A model generated the notes under the pieces. The model searched no databases and was not told where the DNA came from. It saw nothing but the letters and a program-made list of their open reading frames with translations. Shown here in pieces: positions 48,644 to 58,050 of a DNA stretch of 64,000 nucleotides. Position numbers and translations under genes: made by a program. How positions within the stretch are numbered: the first letter of the stretch is position 1; each line of letters begins with the position of its first letter. The DNA is from an uncultured Gammaproteobacteria bacterium (GTDB lineage: Bacteria > Patescibacteriota > Patescibacteriia > UBA2591 > UBA6264), in the NCBI GenBank assembly GCA_964596735.1, contig CAZQVF010000003.1, positions 42,611-106,610 of the forward strand. Reading direction: 5' to 3'.

Positions 48644-49162
48644 ATGAAGACAGCTCTTTTTACTGCTCTTTTCCTTTTCACTAATCTTGCGGCTCAAACA
48701 ACTGAGGTGAGTTTCACCTTATTAAATGTCTGTTGGGACAGGCCTGTGATCTACCGATCAAATGAACCCGTGGATATCCGAGATGAGAGTTTCTCAGAAC
48801 AAATTCTCTCCATAAATGCGATCGTTCGTTCACCCCTTGGAATATATTGGGGATTTGGCGTAATGAATTCCAATGTTCCCAAAAACATGGGAAACAGTCC
48901 AATATCAGCCACGGAAGTATTCTATCGTGAAAGCTATCTTGGTGGCAGAGTAATTGCCGGTTTCAGCCAGTTCATTTTTGAAGCAGACGCTTCTATTGGA
49001 TATTTATCAGGAAATCAGAAATGGTTCAGAGGCGCCTATGCTGGATTAACGATTCCGATTTATAAAGATATAAGAATTAATGCCGGAATAGAAACCATGT
49101 TTTCTGAAAAAATGAACAATCCCTATGGAATGCGCGTTGGAGTAACCGCTCCCATCAGTTAG
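48644..49162 (+). CDS. Secreted hypothetical protein with beta-strand-like alternating hydrophobicity.
   Basis: Signal peptide MKTALFTALFLFTNLAAQ, Gly/aromatic-rich, and a C-terminal ...GVTAPIS. Confidence 0.4.
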   Translation: MKTALFTALFLFTNLAAQTTEVSFTLLNVCWDRPVIYRSNEPVDIRDESFSEQILSINAIVRSPLGIYWGFGVMNSNVPKNMGNSPISATEVFYRESYLGGRVIAGFSQFIFEADASIGYLSGNQKWFRGAYAGLTIPIYKDIRINAGIETMFSEKMNNPYGMRVGVTAPIS

Positions 49163-49185
49163 TTCAAAGATCAAACGCTCGATAA

Positions 49186-49209
49186 AAGCCCGTTATCAAC
49201 GGGCTTTTC
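49186..49209 (+). terminator. Intrinsic terminator agcccgtt-atc-aacgggc plus TTTT.
   Basis: A 7-bp stem followed by a T-run, 24 nt after the stop. Confidence 0.55.
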
Positions 49210-49264
49210 CTTTACAAAAATAGAGCTCTGTAATAGAGCCCTATTTTTATATCTCTAATCTAAC

Positions 49265-51127
49265 TTATTTCTTTTCTTTTTTGTTTCCTTCCTCAAATTC
49301 CCCTTCTATTGGTTCATTATCTTTCTTTTCTTTTCCCTCTTCTGGTTTATCTTTTTGTTCTGCCTGCTTGGCTTGTTCATACATGGCCGTACCAATCTTT
49401 TGAACCACATCACTTAATTCTTGCATGGCTTTTTTAATTTCTTCCACATCATCCTTGTCTTTAACTTTTTTCAATTGGTCAACTTTTTCCTCAATTGCTT
49501 TTTTGTCTTCTTTACTAACCTTATCATCTGCTTCTTTTATAGTTTTCTCTGAAGTATGAACTAAGGTGTCTGCTTGATTTCTTAAATCAACCAATTCTTT
49601 AGTTTTTCTGTCCTCAGCCGCAAACTTTTCCGCTTGCTTTTTCATTTTATCAATTTCCTCTTTAGACAAGGCTGAAGAATCTTTAATAGTAATGTGTTGC
49701 TCCTTGTTTGTGGCTTTATCTTTTGCTTTAACCGTCAATATTCCATTAGCATCAATTTCAAAGCTTACTTCAATTTGAGGAATTCCCCGAGGAGCTGGAG
49801 GCAAGCCATCTAGCATAAACTTTCCTAAGGCGCGATTATCCCTGGCCATTGGCCTTTCCCCTTGTAAGACGTGAATTTCTACTGAGGGCTGATTGTCCGC
49901 CGCTGTAGAAAAAACCTGTGATTTAGAAGTGGGCACGGTTGCGTTTCTCTCAATTAAAGGAGTCATCACATTGCCTAAGGTTTCAATCCCTAAGGTCAAA
50001 GGAGTGACATCTAAAAGTAGGATGTCTTTGACTTCTGAGTCACCAGCTAAGATGGCGGCTTGGATTCCTGCACCCATGGCCACACATTCCATTGGATCAA
50101 CTCCTCTTTCAATTTTTTGTCCAAAAATATTTTCAATAAATTTCTGAACAATAGGCATTCTAGTTGGACCACCAACTAAAATAACTTTTTCAATGTCTTG
50201 GGGTTTTAACTTAGAATCATTCATGGCTTGATCAATAGAAGATTGGCATTTCTCAACAATAGGATTAACTAATTCTTCTAATTTAGCCCGGGTGACTTTC
50301 ATTAACATATGTTTTGGCCCCTGGGCATCAGCCGTAACAAAGGGCAGATTAATTTCTGTTTCTAAAACAGAAGAAAGCTCAATCTTAGCCTTTTCCACTG
50401 CTTCTTTAATCCTTTGCATGGCCATTTTATCATTTTTTAAATCAATGCCTTCTTTTGATTTAAATTCATTAATAATGTAGTCAACTAAGGCCTCGTCCAT
50501 GTCTTTTCCGCCTAAATGAGTGTCGCCTGATGTAGAGCGGACCTCAAAAACTCCTTGACCAAAATTCATAATGGTCACATCAAGGGTTCCGGCTCCAATG
50601 TCAAAGACCAAAACCTGCTGGTCTTTTTGTTTAATCTTGTCTAAACCATAAGCTAAACAAGCCGCCGTTGGTTCATTAACCAATCTGACTACTTCTAAAC
50701 CAGCAATTGAACCGGCATCTTTAGTTGCCTGACGTTGAGCGTCATTAAAATAAGCGGGTACAGTAATAACTGCTTTTTCTACTTTATCTCCTAAATACAT
50801 TTCGGCATCTTTTTTAATCTTCTGAAGAATAAAAGAAGATATTTGCTGCGGCGTATATTCTTTGTTAAACACCTGATATTTATAATCAGTGCCCATTTTT
50901 CTTTTTGCCGCCACAATAGTACCTTCTGGATTAGCCACGGCTTGACGACGAGCTGGTTCGCCGACTAAAAGCTGTTCATCTTTTGTTAGAGCAACATAAG
51001 ATGGAAAAGCTTTTCCCCCAACTGAAGTTGTCCCCTCAGCCGAAGGAATCATTTTAGGCTTACCTGCTTCCATATAAGCAGCGGCTGAATTAGACGTACC
51101 TAAATCAATACCAATTATTTTTCCCAT
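49265..51127 (-). CDS. dnaK: Chaperone DnaK (Hsp70).
   Basis: [16 protein letters not shown]... with full-length Hsp70 motifs. Confidence 0.95.
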   Translation of the reverse strand: MGKIIGIDLGTSNSAAAYMEAGKPKMIPSAEGTTSVGGKAFPSYVALTKDEQLLVGEPARRQAVANPEGTIVAAKRKMGTDYKYQVFNKEYTPQQISSFILQKIKKDAEMYLGDKVEKAVITVPAYFNDAQRQATKDAGSIAGLEVVRLVNEPTAACLAYGLDKIKQKDQQVLVFDIGAGTLDVTIMNFGQGVFEVRSTSGDTHLGGKDMDEALVDYIINEFKSKEGIDLKNDKMAMQRIKEAVEKAKIELSSVLETEINLPFVTADAQGPKHMLMKVTRAKLEELVNPIVEKCQSSIDQAMNDSKLKPQDIEKVILVGGPTRMPIVQKFIENIFGQKIERGVDPMECVAMGAGIQAAILAGDSEVKDILLLDVTPLTLGIETLGNVMTPLIERNATVPTSKSQVFSTAADNQPSVEIHVLQGERPMARDNRALGKFMLDGLPPAPRGIPQIEVSFEIDANGILTVKAKDKATNKEQHITIKDSSALSKEEIDKMKKQAEKFAAEDRKTKELVDLRNQADTLVHTSEKTIKEADDKVSKEDKKAIEEKVDQLKKVKDKDDVEEIKKAMQELSDVVQKIGTAMYEQAKQAEQKDKPEEGKEKKDNEPIEGEFEEGNKKEKK

Positions 51128-51199
51128 AATTTACCTCTTATTTATTAATTAACCAACAATCTGTTCCAAGGCAAGATTATCTGCCAACTAATATATTAA

Positions 51200-51634
51200 T
51201 TATTTTTTAGATTTTTTAACTTTAATTTTTAATTTTTTAGGCTTAACCTTTTCTGCTTTAGGAATTTCAATTTTTAAAACTCCTTGTTTATAACTTGCTT
51301 GAGCCTCCTCACCCTTAACTTTACAAGGTAGGGTCATGGCTCGATAAAAACTTCCTGATTTAACTTCATGACGGTAATAATTTTTTTCTTCTACTTCTGA
51401 TTTTTTCTCACTTTTTCCTTTTAAAATCAATGTGTTATTTTCTACAGAAATATCAATCTTCTCTGGGTCAATATCAGCAATAGCTGCTTCAACCACTAGT
51501 TTCTTCCCTTTTTCATAAATATTAATTGCCGGAATAAAATCAGCTGTTTTCATTTTTGGCCATTCTTTAAAAAACTGATTAAAATCGTCATCTGGCTGCC
51601 AAGGCCAATTAGGAGGAAATGGAATTAATGCCAT
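51200..51634 (-). CDS. Hsp20 / alpha-crystallin small heat-shock protein.
   Basis: ACD pattern VKSGSFYRAMTLP...GVLKIEIPK. Confidence 0.8.
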   Translation of the reverse strand: MALIPFPPNWPWQPDDDFNQFFKEWPKMKTADFIPAINIYEKGKKLVVEAAIADIDPEKIDISVENNTLILKGKSEKKSEVEEKNYYRHEVKSGSFYRAMTLPCKVKGEEAQASYKQGVLKIEIPKAEKVKPKKLKIKVKKSKK

Positions 51635-51669
51635 AATAATTTGTTAATTAATTAATTATATAAATGCGA

Positions 51670-52128
51670 CTATTTAATAACTACTTTAGCGGTTCTAATA
51701 ACTTTATCATTTAATAAGTAACCGGCTTGAATTTCTTTAATAATCTGATTTTTCTCTCCTTGCTTTTCAACTGCCTCATGTAAATCAGGATTAAATTTCT
51801 GCCCATTTGTTTTTATCTTTTCTATGCTCTGAGCTTTTAAAAAACTATCTAATTGTTTTTTTATTTGTTCTGTTCCCTTAACCCATTGATTATTTTTTAA
51901 TTCTTTGGGAATATGTTTTAATGAATAATCAAAGGCGTCTAAGGTGGGTAAAAGTTTTAAAATCAAATCTAAATTAGTAAATTTGACCCAATCAACCTTT
52001 TCTCTTTCAATTTCTTTTTCTCGATTAAGATAATCTGCCTTGGCTCTTTGCCAGCCAGCTAAATATTCCTGGACTTGTTTTTCTTGCTCTTTTAGTTGTT
52101 TTTTTAATTTTTCAATTTCTTTTGACAT
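51670..52128 (-). CDS. grpE: Nucleotide exchange factor GrpE.
   Basis: Coiled-coil N-terminus and a C-terminal GrpE beta-domain. Sits between hrcA and dnaK. Confidence 0.8.
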   Translation of the reverse strand: MSKEIEKLKKQLKEQEKQVQEYLAGWQRAKADYLNREKEIEREKVDWVKFTNLDLILKLLPTLDAFDYSLKHIPKELKNNQWVKGTEQIKKQLDSFLKAQSIEKIKTNGQKFNPDLHEAVEKQGEKNQIIKEIQAGYLLNDKVIRTAKVVIK

Positions 52129-52134
52129 ATGTTA

Positions 52135-52815
52135 TTAATTAAGTAGTTTACGAACATAATCTATTAAAGCGATATTTTTATTATATTGCATTCTCGTCGG
52201 CCCGATAATTCCGATTAAACCATATTTGGGGCAGTGGGCCAGTATGGCACTGCAATAATTACCAAAGGGATTTTTCTTGCCAATTAAAACATGGGTTTGT
52301 TTTTTAGGTAGGTTAAAAATCTCTGCCATTGTTTTGTCCAGATGATCAACTATTTGTGAAATGCTGTAAACAGCTGAATGCTCTTGAAACTCTGGCTGAT
52401 TAAATAAATTTGTTAAACCAGTGTAATAAAAGTCATTATTGGTAAAGGCTAATATGCTCAGCTCTCCGGTTAAGTCAGATATCTTTTTAGCTAAGGCTTT
52501 CATTAACTCTCTTTTCTGTTTTTCTTGTTTTTTTATCTTAGCTAGAATTTTTTTCTGATATTCTGCTAAATCTTTTTTTTCTAAAAGATGACTAACATAA
52601 TACTCAAACCCTTTTAAGCTTGGCAGGCGACCAGCTGAAAGATGGGGCTGGAAAAGATAGCCCTGCCCTATTAATTCAGTCATTTCATTTCTAATCGTGG
52701 CTGAACTAACACAGGGTTTTATCTTTTCACATAAAAGTTCTGAGCCAACTGGCTGGGCCTTTTTAATATATTGATTAACAATATTTTTTAATAATTGTTT
52801 TTGTCTTTCAGTCAT
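52135..52815 (-). CDS. hrcA: Heat-inducible repressor HrcA, short form of 226 aa.
   Basis: N-terminal wHTH LTERQKQLLKNIVNQYIKKAQPVGSELL. A CIRCE element lies immediately upstream. Confidence 0.7.
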   Translation of the reverse strand: MTERQKQLLKNIVNQYIKKAQPVGSELLCEKIKPCVSSATIRNEMTELIGQGYLFQPHLSAGRLPSLKGFEYYVSHLLEKKDLAEYQKKILAKIKKQEKQKRELMKALAKKISDLTGELSILAFTNNDFYYTGLTNLFNQPEFQEHSAVYSISQIVDHLDKTMAEIFNLPKKQTHVLIGKKNPFGNYCSAILAHCPKYGLIGIIGPTRMQYNKNIALIDYVRKLLN

Positions 52816-52837
52816 ATTAATATTTTAACATAAGCAG

Positions 52838-52864
52838 TTAGCACTCGTCAAGCCCGAGTGCTAA
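52838..52864. promoter_or_regulatory. CIRCE operator TTAGCACTC-N9-GAGTGCTAA (HrcA binding site).
   Basis: Perfect consensus inverted repeat 23 nt upstream of the hrcA start. Confidence 0.85.
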
Positions 52865-52911
52865 TAATCTGTGGATAATTTATTTGCCTTTTTTCCGTAT
52901 TTATGTATAAT

Positions 52912-53206
52912 AGAAACCTTGAGATGGAGGGTAAAATGAGCTTAATTCAAAAGTTCAGATGCAATCCTCCCTCGTCATCCTGGTTGGTGATTGTTGAGCC
53001 GCCATGTGCTGTTCAAAGTTGTCCACCGACCAGATGTGGTAAAATGATCAAACGGCTGTTAATCATGGGTAAAATACCTTTCCAGTGACCATGCTGTAAA
53101 ATGGTTTTCGTCCGCGGTATACATCCGTTTAAATGTGAAAAATCACATTCTTTGTTGACAAGGGCAAAGGAGTGCAAAGGGGCCGCAAACGAGCGGCCCT
53201 TTTGTC
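52912..53206 (+). ncRNA. Candidate ~300-nt structured ncRNA with its own promoter and terminator; class unidentified.
   Basis: Extended -10 tgTATAAT at 52896-52903. GC-rich body with long-range complementarity (gatggaggg...ccctcgtcatc). Terminator at 53179-53206. Its only ORF is Cys/Pro-rich and low-complexity. No plus-strand gene lies downstream. Confidence 0.25.
53179..53206 (+). terminator. Intrinsic terminator gggccgc-aaacga-gcggccc plus TTTTG.
   Basis: A 7-bp GC stem followed by a T-run. Confidence 0.5.
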
Positions 53207-53217
53207 TTATAGTAAAT

Positions 53218-54282
53218 TTAGTTTAAAATAATTTTTGCTATTTTCTCTCCAGCTTGAGGGTGAGCCAACTGAGCAATATTATTACTTAAATCTTTTAATT
53301 GCTTTTCTGAATTAATTATTTGTTTGATTTTTTCTAATAATTTTCCTGGCTTTAAGGTTTTTTGATTTATTAAAATTAAAGCTTTTTGGTCAACAAAATA
53401 TTGAGCATTAAATTCTTGATGAGAGTCAGGAATAGGAATACAAATCATTGGCTTTTTTAAAATGCTTAGCTCAGTTAAAACACCCAGGCCGGCTCGGGAA
53501 ATAATTAAATCAGCCACCTGGTAAAGATCTGGTATTTCCTGATTTAGAAATTCATACTGGTGATAATTTTCAAAATCTAGTTTTCTATCTTTAATCTTTT
53601 TTCCCTTGCCAGTTAAATGAATGACCTGACAAAATTTAACTAATTCTGGAACAATCTGAATAATTATTTCATTTATCTTTTGAGCCCCTGTTCCTCCACC
53701 AATGATTAACAAAACCGGTAAATCGTTTTTTAAATTAAATTGTTTAATTGCTTTTTCTTTATTTCCTTGTAATATTTCTTTTCTCACTGGATTACCAGTT
53801 AAAATTGTTTTTCTTTTTTTAAAATTTTTAAAAGATTTATCAAAACTAATAGTAATATTTTTTGCTAAGGGAGCAATTAATTTATTGGCCAAACCAGGAA
53901 TAATATCTTGCTGATGAATAAAAATTGGTTTTCTTAAAAGCCAAGCCGCCCAAGCCAAGGGAACAGAAACAAAACCCCCAGCCGAAAATATTGCTTTTGG
54001 CTTGAATTTCAAGATAATAAAAAAGGATTGGAAAAATCCAATCAAAATTAAAAACGGATCAATAATATTTTTTAAAGAAATATAGCGTCTAAATTTTCCA
54101 GAAAAAATTGCTTGATAAGGGATATTCTTGCTTTTAACTAATTCTTTTTCTGGGATTCCTTTTCTAGTGCCAATAAATAAAAATTCTGTTTCTGGTTTCT
54201 TGTTTTTAATTTCATCAGCCACAGCTAACAAGGGCACTACTGAGCCACCTGTTCCTCCTCCGGTTAAAATGATTCTTGTCAT
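53218..54282 (-). CDS. murG: MurG-like GT28 N-acetylglucosaminyltransferase. The likely start is Met 54282; the track ORF extends to 54318.
   Basis: RIILTGGGTGGSVVPLLAV (G-loop) and a C-terminal GT-B domain. Confidence 0.7.
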   Translation of the reverse strand: MTRIILTGGGTGGSVVPLLAVADEIKNKKPETEFLFIGTRKGIPEKELVKSKNIPYQAIFSGKFRRYISLKNIIDPFLILIGFFQSFFIILKFKPKAIFSAGGFVSVPLAWAAWLLRKPIFIHQQDIIPGLANKLIAPLAKNITISFDKSFKNFKKRKTILTGNPVRKEILQGNKEKAIKQFNLKNDLPVLLIIGGGTGAQKINEIIIQIVPELVKFCQVIHLTGKGKKIKDRKLDFENYHQYEFLNQEIPDLYQVADLIISRAGLGVLTELSILKKPMICIPIPDSHQEFNAQYFVDQKALILINQKTLKPGKLLEKIKQIINSEKQLKDLSNNIAQLAHPQAGEKIAKIILN

Positions 54283-54347
54283 ATAAGGCATTTTAACTTT
54301 TCCTTTCCTCCTTGTCAAATTTTAATATATCTGCTATAACCTCTCAT

Positions 54348-55004
54348 ATGCAAACCATTAATATTAAAGACAAAAATTATCCTGAATTATTAAAGGAAAT
54401 TTATGATCCTCCCCAAACTCTTTATGTTAATGGTCAATTAAAAGCTAAAGAAAAATATCCCTTGGCTGTGGTGGGAACAAGAAAAGTTTCTTTATATGGT
54501 CAAAAAACAACTCGCTCCTTGGTTAAGACTTTGGCCCAAGCCGGCTTTACTATTATTAGCGGCTTGGCTCTGGGGGTTGACGGCATTGCTCATCAAACTA
54601 CTTTAGATGTAGGTGGCCGAACAATTGCCGTACTTGGTTCTAGCTTAGATATCATTTATCCCTCCTCTCATCAACAATTAGCTCAAAAAATTATTGAATC
54701 TAACGGAGTAATTGTTAGTGAATATGAACCAAAAACCAGGCCTTCGAAATGGACTTTTCCGGCTCGCAATCGGATTGTAGCGGGCCTGTCTTTAGGGACA
54801 TTAGTTATTGAGGCCCCAAAAAAATCTGGTGCTTTAATTACGGCTCGTTTCGCCCTTGAACAAGGAAGAGAAGTCTTTGCCGTTCCTGGCAGTGTTTATA
54901 ATAAAAATTCAGACGGCTGTAATCTTTTAATTAAAATGGGAGCTAAACCAGTAACCAAACCAGAAGACATTTTAGAATCATTTAATTTAAAATTAAAAAC
55001 TTGA
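54348..55004 (+). CDS. dprA: DNA processing protein DprA / Smf, short form. The likely start is 54348.
   Basis: Rossmann-like DprA core GLALGVDGIAHQ...VLGSSLDIIYP...FAVPGS. Confidence 0.7.
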   Translation: MQTINIKDKNYPELLKEIYDPPQTLYVNGQLKAKEKYPLAVVGTRKVSLYGQKTTRSLVKTLAQAGFTIISGLALGVDGIAHQTTLDVGGRTIAVLGSSLDIIYPSSHQQLAQKIIESNGVIVSEYEPKTRPSKWTFPARNRIVAGLSLGTLVIEAPKKSGALITARFALEQGREVFAVPGSVYNKNSDGCNLLIKMGAKPVTKPEDILESFNLKLKT

Positions 55005-55054
55005 CAATATAATTAGTCAGTGGCAAAGTAAAAAACCATAAACAAATTAAACAA

Positions 55055-57094
55055 ATGGATTTAATTATTGTTGAATCACCAACCAAGGCAAAAACTATTA
55101 CTCGCTTTTTGAGCGATGATTTTTTAGTTGAATCATGTAATGGTCATATCCGAGACCTGCCTAGAGGAAAATTAGGAGTAGATCCTGAAAAAAACTTTGA
55201 GACCCAATATGTTATTCCTACCACTAAAAGAAAAATAGTAAATAAATTAAAAAAATTAGGCGAGAAAGCAGATAAAATATATCTGGCTAGTGATGAAGAT
55301 CGCGAAGGAGAAGCCATTGCTTGGCATTTAGACCATATTTTAGAATCTAAAAACACTAAACGCATTAGCTTTCATGAAATTACTCAAGAAGCAATTAAAC
55401 AGGCTTTAAAAACTCCGCGACAGATTGATATAAACTTAGTTAATTCTCAACAATCTCGTCGCATTCTTGACCGCTTAGTTGGATATAAACTATCTCCCTT
55501 ATTATGGAAAAAGCTAGTTAAAGGGCTTTCGGCCGGACGAGTCCAATCACCAGCTGTTAGGTTGATTGTGGAAAGAGAAAGAGAAATTGAAAAATTCAAA
55601 CCTCAAGAATACTGGTCTATTGAAGCAGAATTAAAAGACAAAAAAGAAACTTTTTGGGCAAAATTAGTTAAAAAAGGGGGTAAAACACTTGATAAATTAG
55701 AAATTAAGACAGAAAAACAAGTCCAAGAAATTATTAAAGATTTAGAAAAGGCGGAATACAAAATAATTGATATTAGAAAAAAAGAAATTAATAAATCCCC
55801 TCGCCCACCCTTTATCACCAGTACTCTTCAACAACAAGCCAGTAGAAATCTTAGCTTTTCTGTAAAACAGACAATGGTGATTGCTCAACAACTTTATGAA
55901 GGTGTTTCTTTAAATAAAAAAGGTGCAGCTGGTTTAATCACTTATATGCGCACAGATTCTTTAAATCTTTCAGAGAAATTTTTAAAAGAAAGTCAATCCT
56001 TTATTAAAAAAGTATACGGTGATAAATATTTAGAAAAACGTGTTTACAAGACAAAATCAAAAACGGCTCAAGAGGCTCATGAGGCCATTCGTCCTACTGA
56101 TTGTCAAAATACTCCAGAAAAAATGGCCAAATATTTAAACAAAAACCAATTAAAACTATATGATTTAATTTGGCGTCGAGCAATGGCCTCACAGATGAGT
56201 AAGCAGATTCTTGACTCAACCGCTGTTGATATTGAAGCAAAACAATATCTTTTCCGAGCCAATGGTTTAAACATAAAATTTGATGGGTGGTTAAAAATTT
56301 ATCCTGAAAAACAAAAAGAAAACTATTTACCAGATTTAAAAATTAATCAGATTTTAGAATTAAAACAGTTAAAGCCTGATCAACATTTTACAGAACCACC
56401 TCCCCGCTACAGTGAGGCTAGTTTGGTTAAAATTTTAGAAGAATATGGAATTGGCCGGCCATCAACCTATGCTCCAATTATTACCACGATTCAAACTAGA
56501 AATTACGTACTAAAAGAACAAAAACGATTTAAGCCAACTGAGATAGGTATTTTAGTTAATGACCTTTTAGTAAAACATTTTTTTGATATTGTCGATTATA
56601 AGTTTACTGCTCAGCTAGAAGATAATTTAGATGAAATTGCTCAAGGAAAAGAAGATTATCTAAAAATGCTTAATAATTTTTATCAACCTTTTATAAAAAA
56701 TTTACAAATGAAAGAAGAAGAAATTGAGAAAAAATTTACTGATGAACAAACAGATGAAAAATGTCCTAAATGTAATGAACCATTAGTTATAAAAATGGGG
56801 CGTTTTGGAAAATTCTTAGCCTGCACTGGATTTCCTAAATGTAGACACACAAAGTCTTTAACAGACTCATCAGGTAATAATCATGAAAAAATTGATATTC
56901 CTTGTCCTAAGTGTGACGGAGAAATCGTGAAAAAAAGAACTAGAAAGGGAAAATTCTTTTATGGCTGTTCAAACTGGCCCAAATGTGACTTTGCCGTATG
57001 GGATGAACCAACCGATGAAAAGTGCCCTAAGTGTAAAAGCATCATGGTTAAAAAAGGAGACCAAATAAAATGCAGTAATAAAGAGTGTAAATAA
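55055..57094 (+). CDS. topA: DNA topoisomerase I with C-terminal zinc ribbons.
   Basis: TOPRIM N-terminus MDLIIVESPTKAKTI, the catalytic Tyr region and three C-terminal CxxC...CxxC ribbons. Confidence 0.9.
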   Translation: MDLIIVESPTKAKTITRFLSDDFLVESCNGHIRDLPRGKLGVDPEKNFETQYVIPTTKRKIVNKLKKLGEKADKIYLASDEDREGEAIAWHLDHILESKNTKRISFHEITQEAIKQALKTPRQIDINLVNSQQSRRILDRLVGYKLSPLLWKKLVKGLSAGRVQSPAVRLIVEREREIEKFKPQEYWSIEAELKDKKETFWAKLVKKGGKTLDKLEIKTEKQVQEIIKDLEKAEYKIIDIRKKEINKSPRPPFITSTLQQQASRNLSFSVKQTMVIAQQLYEGVSLNKKGAAGLITYMRTDSLNLSEKFLKESQSFIKKVYGDKYLEKRVYKTKSKTAQEAHEAIRPTDCQNTPEKMAKYLNKNQLKLYDLIWRRAMASQMSKQILDSTAVDIEAKQYLFRANGLNIKFDGWLKIYPEKQKENYLPDLKINQILELKQLKPDQHFTEPPPRYSEASLVKILEEYGIGRPSTYAPIITTIQTRNYVLKEQKRFKPTEIGILVNDLLVKHFFDIVDYKFTAQLEDNLDEIAQGKEDYLKMLNNFYQPFIKNLQMKEEEIEKKFTDEQTDEKCPKCNEPLVIKMGRFGKFLACTGFPKCRHTKSLTDSSGNNHEKIDIPCPKCDGEIVKKRTRKGKFFYGCSNWPKCDFAVWDEPTDEKCPKCKSIMVKKGDQIKCSNKECK

Positions 57095-57114
57095 GGCAAA
57101 TTTCTGTTAAAATA

Positions 57115-57147
57115 TAAGAACCTGCTCACTGCGTTTGCAGAACCTTG
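57115..57147. repeat. Intergenic motif copy 3 in reverse orientation: TAAGAACCTGC-tcactgcgttt-GCAGAACCTTG.
   Basis: Reverse complement of the 11315 and 16942 copies with an 11-nt spacer. Lies 20 nt after the topA stop. Confidence 0.55.
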
Positions 57148-57197
57148 AAATTAAATTCTTTATTATATAAATAATAATGTAATTTAATTATAAATAT

Positions 57198-57281
57198 GCC
57201 TGGGTGGCGGAATTGGTTTACGCGCACGACTCAAAATCGTGTGGAGTTTTCTCCATGAGGGTTCGAGTCCCTCCCCAGGCA
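57198..57281 (+). tRNA. tRNA-Leu(CAA).
   Basis: Anticodon arm cacga-CTCAAAA-tcgtg, a long variable arm and T-arm GGGTTCGAGTCCC. CCA is not encoded. Confidence 0.85.
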
Positions 57282-57437
57282 TTTTTTATTTCTGGGGAAA
57301 ACTTTATCAAATTTATCCTATTTTATGATATAATAAGGGTATATATTTTTTCTTTTCATATAGTAAGGAGGTATAATAATTGGTCTATGGTGATCAGCTA
57401 GTCAGAAAAACAACACACAAAAAGAAGGAGATCTTCT

Positions 57438-57557
57438 ATGAAGAAATGTATTCATGCTCCCCCAATGCAGTCAAGTGTCAGCGAAGAGTCGCAAAGCATC
57501 ACTAATATCGCAGGTGATCCCGGTTTTCGCAGTCGGTGCGAGATTAACCGTTTCTGA
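57438..57557 (+). CDS. Small peptide gene 1, 39 aa: MKKCIHAPPMQSSVSEESQSITNIAGDPGFRSRCEINRF.
   Basis: RBS AAGGAG 10 nt upstream. It is followed by a GGGGCCCC-stem terminator. Confidence 0.3.
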   Translation: MKKCIHAPPMQSSVSEESQSITNIAGDPGFRSRCEINRF

Positions 57558-57575
57558 TCAATTCCCATGGATAAA

Positions 57576-57606
57576 GGGGCCCCAAGGAGGGGCCCTATTT
57601 CTTTTA
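57576..57606 (+). terminator. Intrinsic terminator gggcccc-aagga-ggggccc plus a T-run.
   Basis: A 7-bp all-GC stem. Confidence 0.6.
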
Positions 57607-57644
57607 AAACCTAATTTTGCTCTTTTCAAAACCTGTAAAAATAC

Positions 57645-57673
57645 TTGTATTTTTCTTTTTTTCCTGTTATTAT
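57645..57673 (+). promoter_or_regulatory. Promoter TTGTAT-17-TATTAT for peptide cassette 2; the same element recurs at about 57949-57977.
   Basis: A ~70-bp block conserved at nucleotide level between the two cassettes, including AAGGAGGTCCGG. Confidence 0.45.
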
Positions 57674-57744
57674 TAATAACAAGGAGGTCCGGTTAAATGT
57701 ACGGAACTCATTTCCATGTGAACAAAAAACACAAGGAAGACGTA

Positions 57745-57855
57745 ATGAAAAATACCAAACTACTGGTTACCACGATCCCCCGTGGCAGCCCCATGACCAA
57801 TAACACTGAATTCCCATCGACCGGTTCAATTCTTACCACCACTAACAATAAGTGA
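57745..57855 (+). CDS. Small peptide gene 2, 36 aa: MKNTKLLVTTIPRGSPMTNNTEFPSTGSILTTTNNK. An in-frame upstream ATG at 57697 would give 52 aa.
   Basis: Paralogous to gene 3, with the conserved N-terminus MK..+LL..TIPRGSPM.NN. It has its own RBS and terminator. Confidence 0.4.
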   Translation: MKNTKLLVTTIPRGSPMTNNTEFPSTGSILTTTNNK

Positions 57856-57898
57856 TGACGAAGCTATATTGATTAAGTGATGGTCGGATAATAGTAAA

Positions 57899-57930
57899 GG
57901 GGCCCCTGAAAGGAGGGGCCCCGCTTTTTT
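57899..57930 (+). terminator. Intrinsic terminator ggggcccc-tgaaagga-ggggcccc plus TTTTTT.
   Basis: An 8-bp all-GC stem followed by T6. Confidence 0.65.
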
Positions 57931-58050
57931 AAAAAACCTGTAAAAATACTTGTATTTTTCTTTTTTTCCTGTTATTATTAATAACAAGGAGGTCCGGTTA
58001 ATTGTACGGAACTCGTTTCAATGTGAATAAAATACACAAAGGAACATATA

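Noticed and set aside
52903-53088. 61-aa Cys/Pro-rich ORF (MYNRNLEMEGK...)
   Set aside because: It has a low-complexity, unprotein-like composition and sits inside a GC-rich structured segment that is better explained as ncRNA.
57454-57696. 80-aa ORF spanning the terminator of peptide cassette 1 and the promoter and leader of cassette 2
   Set aside because: It runs through a GGGGCCCC terminator hairpin and a consensus promoter, and its reading frame follows nucleotide repeats. It is spurious.
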